From assembly GCF_030684315.1 (NCBI RefSeq), contig NC_081378.1:23546571-23610570 (forward strand): a stretch of DNA of 64,000 bases. The letters are read 5' to 3'. A program made the position numbers and the translations under genes. This DNA is from Stegostoma tigrinum. Lineage: Eukaryota. Below, piece after piece: positions 52,401 through 61,400 of this stretch; positions within the stretch are counted from its first letter, which is position 1; each line of letters begins with the position of its first letter. The notes beneath the pieces are model-generated. The model was not told the DNA's origin. It worked only from the letters and a program-made list of their open reading frames with translations, and made no database searches.

Positions 52401-55400
52401 CAAAACAGAAATAAAAAAAACACTGCAGTACCAGATGGTTCTTGTCCAATGTTAGTGATTAAAGGTGGGCTTGTTCGCTATCTATATTCATTTCCTTATC
52501 CGGGATTACTTAATGCTGATAGGAAAATCATTCACTATCTTGTGGTTGGTGTAAATATCACCTGAACTAAGTAAAGTATTTGTGCAGATTAGATGAGGAA
52601 AGTCCACAATCGAGCTTGCTCGTTTGTCTTATGCTCTCCATTCAGTTGATTGTTCACACATGAGCACAATAAGGGAAACTTATCCTCTGGCGTCTGAAAC
52701 AGGAAATGTTAAATTTCCTAGCCAATTGTGAACTTTGTTCACTTGATGAACACAAAATAAGTATAAACCATTTAATAACTGGAAAAAGAAAAACAATTAA
52801 GAGAGGAAGGAGTTCAACTGCAACCTAAGCTTCAAAGATACCCCACATTTTCTGAATGAACACAGGAATTAATGGAAAAAGTAGATCGAGCAGCATAGAA
52901 CAGAATCCCTGCAGTATGAAAGAAGGCCATTCAGCCCATCAAGTCCATACCAACCCTCCAAAAGCATCCGACCCAGACCTACCACCTTCACCATCCCTGT
53001 ATTTCCCACTGTGGACACTATGAGCAATTTAGCATAGCCAATCCACCTAAGCTGAACCTCTTCGGATTGTGGGAAGAAAATCAAACCTGAATCCCTGGCA
53101 CTGTAAGGTAGCAGTGCTAGCCACTGTGCTGCCCATTTGTGGACAGAAAGCAGAGTTAACATTTCAGGTCCAGTGACCCTTCTTCAGAACTACTGCTCTG
53201 CACTGAATTGATTGTCCCCGATTTTGACTGTGGGTTGAGACAGAATGTGGGAAATTAAAATAGGTGCAAGAGGACTCGTAGGGAAGGTGCAATTTTGCCG
53301 TAAAGAGTGATCTCAAAGGTTTTGATGGGTTGTTGACAGTTGAACTTGGATCTTCCATTTGCCCCATGTGTGACACGGAGGCAGGATTAGTGAGACTGAG
53401 ATAATGGGAACTGCAGATGCTGGAGAATCCGAGATAACAAAGTATGGAGGTGGGTGAACACGGCAGGCCCAGCAGCATCTCAGGAGCACAAAAGCTGACA
53501 TTTCGGGCCTAGACCCATCATCAGAAAAGGGGGATGGGGAGAGAGTTCTGACATAAATAGGGAGAGAGGGGGAGGCGGATCGAAGATGGATAGAGGAGAA
53601 GATAGGTGGAGAGGAGACAGACAAGTTAAAGGGGCGGGGATAGAGCCTGTAGAGGTGAGTATAGGTGGGGAGGTAGAGAGGGGATAGGTCAGTTGGGGAA
53701 GACGGACAGGTCAAGGGGGCGGGATGAGGTTAGTAGGTAGGAAATGGAGGTGCGGCTTGAGGTGGGAGGAGGGGATAGGTGAGAGGAAGAACAGGTTAGG
53801 GAGGCAGAGACAGGCTGGGCTAGTTTTGGGATGCAGTGAGGGGAGGGGAGATTTTGAAGCTTGTGAAATTCATATTGATGCCATTGGGCTGCAGGTTTCC
53901 AAGCGGAATATGAGTTGCTGTTCCTGCAACCTTCGGGTGGGATCATTGTGGCACTGCAGAAGGCCCAGGATGGACATGTTGTCTAAGGAATGGGAGGGGG
54001 AGTTGAAATGGCTCGTGACTGGGGGGTGCAGTTGTTTATTGCGAACCAAGCGTAGGTGTTCCGCAAAGCGGTCCCCAAGCCTCCGCTTGGTTTCCCCAAT
54101 GTAGAGGAAGCCACAACAGGTGCAGCGGATGCAGTATACAACATTGGCAGATGTGCAGGTGAACATCTGCTTGATATGGAAACTCATTTTTGGGCCTGGG
54201 ATGGGGGTGAGGGAGGAGGTGTGGGGGCAAGTGTAGCACTTCCCGCGGTTGCAGGGGAAAGTGTCATGTGTGGTGGGGTTGGGGGGGTGGGGGGGATGTG
54301 TGGAGCAGACAAAGGAGTCATGGAGAGAGTGGTCTCTCCGAAGGCAGACAGGGGTGGGGATGGAAAAATGTCTTTGGTGGTGGGATCAGATTGTAGACGG
54401 CGGAAGTGTCGGAGGATGATGCACTGGATCCGGAGGTTGGTGGGGTGGTATGTGAGAACGAGGGGGATTCTCTTTTGGCAGTTATTGCAGGGACGGGGTG
54501 TGAGGGATGAGGTGCGGGAAATGCGGGAGACATGGTCGAGGGCGTTCTTGACCACTGAAGGGGGGAAGTTGCAGTCCTTGAAGAACAAGGACATCTGGGA
54601 TGTATGGTAGTGGAATGCCTCATCCTGGGAGCAGATGTGGCGGAGGCGAAGGAATTGGGAATAGGGGATGGAATTTTTGCGGGAAGGTGGGTGGGTGGAG
54701 GTGTATTCCAGGTAGCTGTGGGAGTCGGTGGGCTTGAAATGGATATCGGTTTGTAGGTGGTTGCCTGAAATGGAGACTGAGAGGTCCAGGAAGGTGAGGG
54801 ATGTGTTGGAGATGGCCCAGGTGAATTTGAGGTTGGGGTGAAAGATGTTGGTGAAGTGGATGAACTGTTCGAGCTCCTCTTGGGAGCATGAGGTGGCGCT
54901 GATACAATGATCAATGAAATGGAGGAAGAGGTGGGGTTTGGGGCCAGTGTAGATGCGGAAGAGGGACTGTTCCACATAACCTACGAAGAGGCAGACATAG
55001 CTTAGTCCCACGCAAGTACCCATGGCCACCCACTTTGTCTGTAGGAAGTGGAAGGAATCGAAAGAGAAGTTGTTGAGGGTGAGGATGAGTTTGGCTAGGC
55101 GGATGAGGGTGTCGGTGGAGGGGAACTGATTGGGTCTGCAGGACAGGAAGAAGCGGAGGGCCTTTAGGCCATCCACATGAGGAATGCAGGTGCATAGGGA
55201 CTGGACGTCCATGGTGAAAATGAAGTGTTGGGGACCGGGGAATTGGAAGTTCTGGAGGAGGTGGAGGATGTGGGTGGTGTCACGGACAAAGGTAGGGAGT
55301 TCCTGGACCAAGGAGGAAAAAATGGAGTCCAGATAGGTGGAGATGAGTTCGGTGGGGCAGGAACAGGCTGAGACAATGGGTCGACCAGGGCAGGCGGGTT

Positions 55401-58400
55401 TGTGGATTTTGGGAAGGAGATAGAAGCGGGCGGTGTGGGGTTGGGGAACAATGAGGTTGGAGGCTGTGGGTGGGAGGTCCCCTGAGGTGATGAGGTTGTG
55501 GATCGTTTGGAAGAAATTGGTTTGGTGCTCGGGGTTGTGGTCGTGATCCGGGGGGGGCGGTAGGAGGTGGTTTCGGAGAGTTGGCGTCTGGCCTCAGCAA
55601 TGTAAAGGTCAGTACGCCATAGCACAGCTGCACCACCCTTGTCTGTGGGTTTGATGGTGAGGTTGGGATTGGAGTGGAGGGCTGTGCTCCATGGGGGAGA
55701 AGAATTCCTAAAGCTGTGGTCTCCTTTCTGCCCTGCAGCAGAAACAAATAATCTCCTGAATAGAGAAAATAGTTGAAAATCAGACTATGCGATAGGATTA
55801 TTTCTTATGGAAGAGTTGGTTGATTGAATGATTTATTGTCACGTGTGCCAAAGTACAGTGAAAAGCTTTGTTTATGAGCAGTACAGGCAGGTAGTAGTAA
55901 ACAAGGATGTACAGATCAAAAAGACTTAGGCAGAGGCATAAAAGTTACATGACATGGGGCGTGTGCTAGGCAACATCAATGTTAGCAAGATCAGCATCAT
56001 TTGAGCCTAGACAGTCCAGACCTCAGTCAAGTAACAACAGCCAGGAAGAAGCAGTTCCTGAATCTGCTCATGAATGTGTTCAGGCTTCTGTACCTTCTGC
56101 CTGATGGAAGAGGTTGTAGGAGATCATTAGCAGGTGCAATCGGTCTTTGATGATGTTGGCCATCTTTCCACAGAGCGTGCCGTGTAAATAGAGTCCACGA
56201 TGGAAGGTTGGTTTCCATGATGGTCTGGGCTGTGCACACCACCTTCTGTAGTTTCTTATGGTCCGGGACAGAGCAGTTGCCATAACAAGCTGTTACACAC
56301 CTGGACAGGATGCTTTCAATGGTGCATCGGTAGAAGTCGGTGAGGGACCTTATGGACATGCCAAATTTCCTGAGCCGCCTGAGGAAGAAGAGGCGTTGTT
56401 GTGTCTTCTTGACTGTTGCATCTATGTGGGAGGTCCAGGACAGGTTGTCAATTATTGTCACTCTGAGAAACTTGATGCTGTCCCCCCTCTCAGCCTCAGT
56501 TCATGTTCTCCTCCTTCCTTTCTGGAGTCAGTGATCAGTTCTTTAGTTTTGCTGACATTGAGAGAGAGGTTGTTTTCATTGTAGCACATCACCAAGCCCT
56601 CTATCTCACCTCTGTATTTTGATTCCTCGTTGTTAGATATCTGTCCCACTAAAGTGGTGTCATCAGCAAACTTGTAGATGGCACTCATTTGGAATTTAGC
56701 TACACAGGAAATACAGTAGTGGCTGAGGACGCATCCTTGGGGGTCTCCAATGTTGAGTGTTATTGTGGAAGAGGCGCAATTACCTAACTTCACTGATTGC
56801 AGTCTGTGGATCAGAAAGTTGCGGAGCCCGTTGTAGCAAGCGGAGACTTGATGAAGGTTACGGAGTTTTGAGATTAGTCTGCAGGGGCGAATGGTGTTGA
56901 AGGCAGACCTGTAGTCAATGAGTAGGAGTCTGGCGTAGGTATATTTGTTGTTCAGATGTTCCAGGGATGAGTGCAGGACTAGGGATATGGCATCTGCTGT
57001 GGATCTGTTATGTTGACAGGCAAATTGTATGCAATTGAGGTAGCCTGACAGACTGGAGTTCATGTGGGTTGTGACCAGCCTGTTGAAGCACTTCATGATT
57101 ACTAAGGTCAGAGTCACTGGGTGGTAGTGATTAAGGGACACTGCATGTGCTTTCTTAGGTATGGGGATAATGGTGGTTGAAGCAGGTGGGGACTTTGGCT
57201 TGTAGGACTGAGAAGTTAAAGATGTCGGTGAGTATCTCAGCCAGTTGGTCCACACAGGATCTGTGTGCTCAGTTGGGGACGTTGTCTGGGCCCATCGCTT
57301 TCCTTGAGTTGACTCCCAGGAAGACTGATCTAATGTCTGCAGCAGGGAGGAGGTGTGTCCGGGGCTGTTGGGGCAAGTGTCACTGTGCTGCTAGTATTCT
57401 GCTCAAACTGAGCATAGAAAACATTGAACGCATGAAGGAGGGATGTGTCTTTGTCTGCTATCTTGTTCTACTTCTTTTTCTATCCCGTAATGTTGTTTCG
57501 GCCTTGTCAAAGGCAGTGGGAGTCTGCTTGGTGGCTTTGGGCTTCTAAATTGGTCCGGTACTGACTTTTGGCATCCCTGAGGGCTTTGCAGAGTTGCTTT
57601 TTGGGCGGCAGAGGTCTTCTGGGAAGGTTTGTGGACTAGGAAATCCCAGAACCTACACTGGCCATTTCTCTTCATCATCCCCTCTTCCTTTTGCGTGTGA
57701 TCACCAGTATAACTAAGCCAGCACCAGCACCTCCAGCCAGCACTCTGATGGTGTGTTTTGCACCCCTTCCCTGGGCACCCTCAATGACTCAGTTAGCTGA
57801 CACAAATGTTTCACGAAGATGACCCTGAACCCATGTGCTGTAATAAGGACAAGAGTAGAAGTTACAAGCAAAATATGATTCTAGACTATTTAAAAAACAG
57901 CCTTCCTGCCCTGCTATACTTACATCATTTCTAAGATTTGCAGTTCCTGAAAAACAAAATCACAAATGGGCACAGAGTTTCTATTTGATAGTAAGCTATT
58001 CTAGATGCAATGTTCTGATTGTGAGAAAGTAATACCTACAAATTAGGGCAGCATGGTAGCTCAGTGATTGGCACTGCTGCCTCACAGCGCCAAGACCTGG
58101 GTTTAAATTCAACCTTGGGTGACTGTGTGGAGTATGCACTTTCTCCTCATGCCTGTGTGGGTTTCTGCTGGGTGCACTGATTTCCTGCCACAGTCCAAAA
58201 ATGTGCAAGTTAGGCGTATTAGCCATGATAATTTACCTTGTAGTGCAAGCTAGGTGGGTTAGCCACGGTAAATGCAGAATTGTGGGGATAGGGTGGAGGT
58301 TTGGATCTGGATGGGATGTTGTTTGGAGGATCAGTTCAGATCCAGTGAGCCAAGAAGTCTTTTTTTCCTGCGGAAACTCTTTAGTAGGAGAGGAGATTTT

Positions 58401-61400
58401 CAAAGTTATTCAACAGGTGCACATATCATAAATCATAACCTCCCTAATGTGCACCTGTTGAATAGCTTTGAAAATCTCCTCTCCTACTAAAGAGTTTCTG
58501 CCTAGTACCGATAGGCACTTCTCTACTATTTCAAGGTATGTTAGTTTCTCCTTTAGAATTTCAGGTATGCAACATTAAATTTTATCTCTTATATCCAGAT
58601 TTGTGCAATATTGGGCCAGAATAGGCAGCGAAAATAACATGACCACTTGTCATCAGCCAACTTGCAGAAAAGAAGGGGTTTTGTTGGACTACTCCATTGA
58701 TGGAGGTGAGGTTTATTCTCTAACTGTATAACTCTCTCTAATTCATTGCTTCTTAACCATGTCAAAATGATATATTGTATCAGACTAATTTGAGAAGAAT
58801 GAGCAGAGATAAAGCTTTCAGAAGGATTGGCGTTTGTGACAGAGAGATTGATTACCAAGTGCGGAACTTAGTAAGTTCCTGTAGCTGATATCAGATATTG
58901 TGGTTTGGGAGACATTTCCTTCCCATACTATCTTTCCACTCTACACTGTCATGACTGACCTGTACTTTGTGCTTTACTTCTATTATACTCCATCGTATTC
59001 AATATGAATTTGCCAGTGTGTCATTTTATGTCAGGCAAAATATCACAGGAAATATTTAATTCTAGGGAATCAAAAAATCCTGAAAAGGTTCAATCAGCAA
59101 TGTGGCTGTCTTGTTTTTTGTTCTGAGAAAATTCCTGGTATAAAGGCTGCCTATGGAGGAGCTTTTTAAAAATTGGAGCTACCTTTTTAAAATACCCTAA
59201 ATGTATTATTATAACTCATTTCTAATAATAAAAATACAAATTGATCTCAGATTTAAAAGTGTTACAGCTCACTTCAATCTTGATACTCGTCGGTGTCTTC
59301 CCTGAATTGTCAGCAATCTTAACTCTGATTCCGTTTCCCAAAATGGCCAGTTATTTCCTTCATAGGTCATTGCTGCACTTCTCAATGACTGAATATCTTC
59401 AAATTGGCACAATTTTTCTCAATCATTTGTGTGTGTTAGCAACTAGAGGCTTTTGACTTTCATAATGATTATAAAGCGAGCCAATCATAACCTTGGTGTT
59501 AGATGAGCACATTTAAATGAAAGCAGTAGAAAGATTTGCTGACAAGTTGAGACGAGGTGAGCTGGGAGAAGGCTTGCGTGGAGCATAAACCTGTTGATTC
59601 AAATAGCTTGTTCTGTACTTTAAAATTCCATGCAATGATTCCATCCGTGGTCAAAATTTAGAAGAGATGATAATTAAAAATACCGGCATAATGAACTTTG
59701 ACAAAATTCTTCAATTACATTACCATTGAAATAATAAACTCTGATACTAACAAGCTTCTAATGTCGGTAGGAATCACTTGGCATCTGCTGCATGAAATGG
59801 ATTACCAGAAATATATTTCTGTGCGCCAAGATTATGTCCTCCTCCCAGAGGAGGCACACACCAACACAACTCGCCTGCGATGGTGGCAGCCTTTTGTTGT
59901 TCTGAAAGGCCAGGTTGTAGCAAGCAAAGAGCGTGCTCAATGGGCACTGGATAACATCCTGATTGGAGGATCTGAGATCAACCCAAGTCAACTAATGGAT
60001 TCTTTTGACGATGGTAAGATGGAAAACTTTGGATCAGTGAACGGCATGATGGCAATTAAGAATTGCTTGGTAATACAGAACTTAAACATTGCTAAGAGGA
60101 GGCAAGAAGTCAAAGTATTTCATGTAGAAAATGCATCACATTGCAAATCCAGGTGATGATCTTTAACACATATTAAAAACACTGCTTCCTGTATCCTAGA
60201 CCTGATAAATGCAAGACAAAGCTGCCATCTTGTCTCCTTTTAGCAGTTAAAAAATTATAAATGGAGCTTATGACTTGGTTGATAGTCAGAACCATACAGT
60301 GAAAATGTTGAACTGTCCAGTGCCATTCACATATTTAAACAATCTGGAACAGAATAATCAGAAATTCCCTGAATTAGCTTTTGTAGCACTGACACCACAG
60401 AGCAAAGGTGCATCCAGGGGAGAGCATTACTGCCAACCAAGTTAATTACAGTCTCAACTATTATACATTTTAGGACTGGAAGTTTAAAGCATTTCACCAA
60501 GAAATTTCCTAAAGGTGTGTTGAATTGTTTGGTAAACATTTCTAGTATTTTGTAATTATTTTATCAACTTAGTCACATTGTTTTGCAGGCTTTGGTATTT
60601 GTTTTCTTCCAGTTCAAATCCCCTCATTACAAAGGGGTTCTCCATCCAATACATGAATGCTCAACATTTTCCTGTGATAGTTCCTCAGGGAAATACAAAG
60701 ACAGGTAGAAATCCACCTTTATCTTTACCTGAGGTCACCTGGTCTATGGAGACAGCCAGACACATGCATCCACAGTTCCCACCAGGACCTGTTGGTCATG
60801 CCAGAAAAGATGCTGTGATGGTAATTTTGGACAAGTCAGATCTTAGAGTGAAACCTGACTTGATAGATCATAAGTTTTATATTTGCAGTTTCGTTATCAT
60901 GCTTGTCAATCTTAATATAATTTACATGAGGCTACCAATGTCCTTTCGCAAAAGTAAATGTTTGTTACACAAAAGGGAAAAAAATCTAGATGCATAAATG
61001 ACAATTTTATGACATTAACATGAATAGCAAAAGAACGATGCACCCTTGGTTTCAGCAGTATCCTTTACATTCAATCCAGTGAAGTTTTTTTTTAAAATCA
61101 GTCTTACCTTCACTTTAATATTTTTTAAAATCGAGTGACTCTCTGCACATATACTAATAATGATTCTGGCTTTCTCTGAGACAAATGAATGCAGGTGAAC
61201 CCAGTGTCTCTTTCCAGTCCTTCTCCAATTGCTCTTGAACTGAGCGGCTTGCTATTTCAGAGTATGGTTAAGAGTTATCACTTGTAGGCTAGACAAGCTA
61301 AGAACAACAGATTTCCTTCCCTGAAGGGAATCAGTAAACAAGATGGCTTTTTTTTTCAGTAATCTTAATAGTTTCATGGTCACTATTAATGAAGTTAGTA

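Noticed and set aside
53398-55685. Active autonomous Penelope or domesticated RT gene
   Set aside because: 5'-truncated, the catalytic motif reads FIDH instead of YxDD, and there are frameshifts before the RT and between RT and GIY-YIG.
54056-55747. Several long overlapping ORFs in other frames and on the other strand
   Set aside because: Shadow frames of the skewed Penelope RT region.
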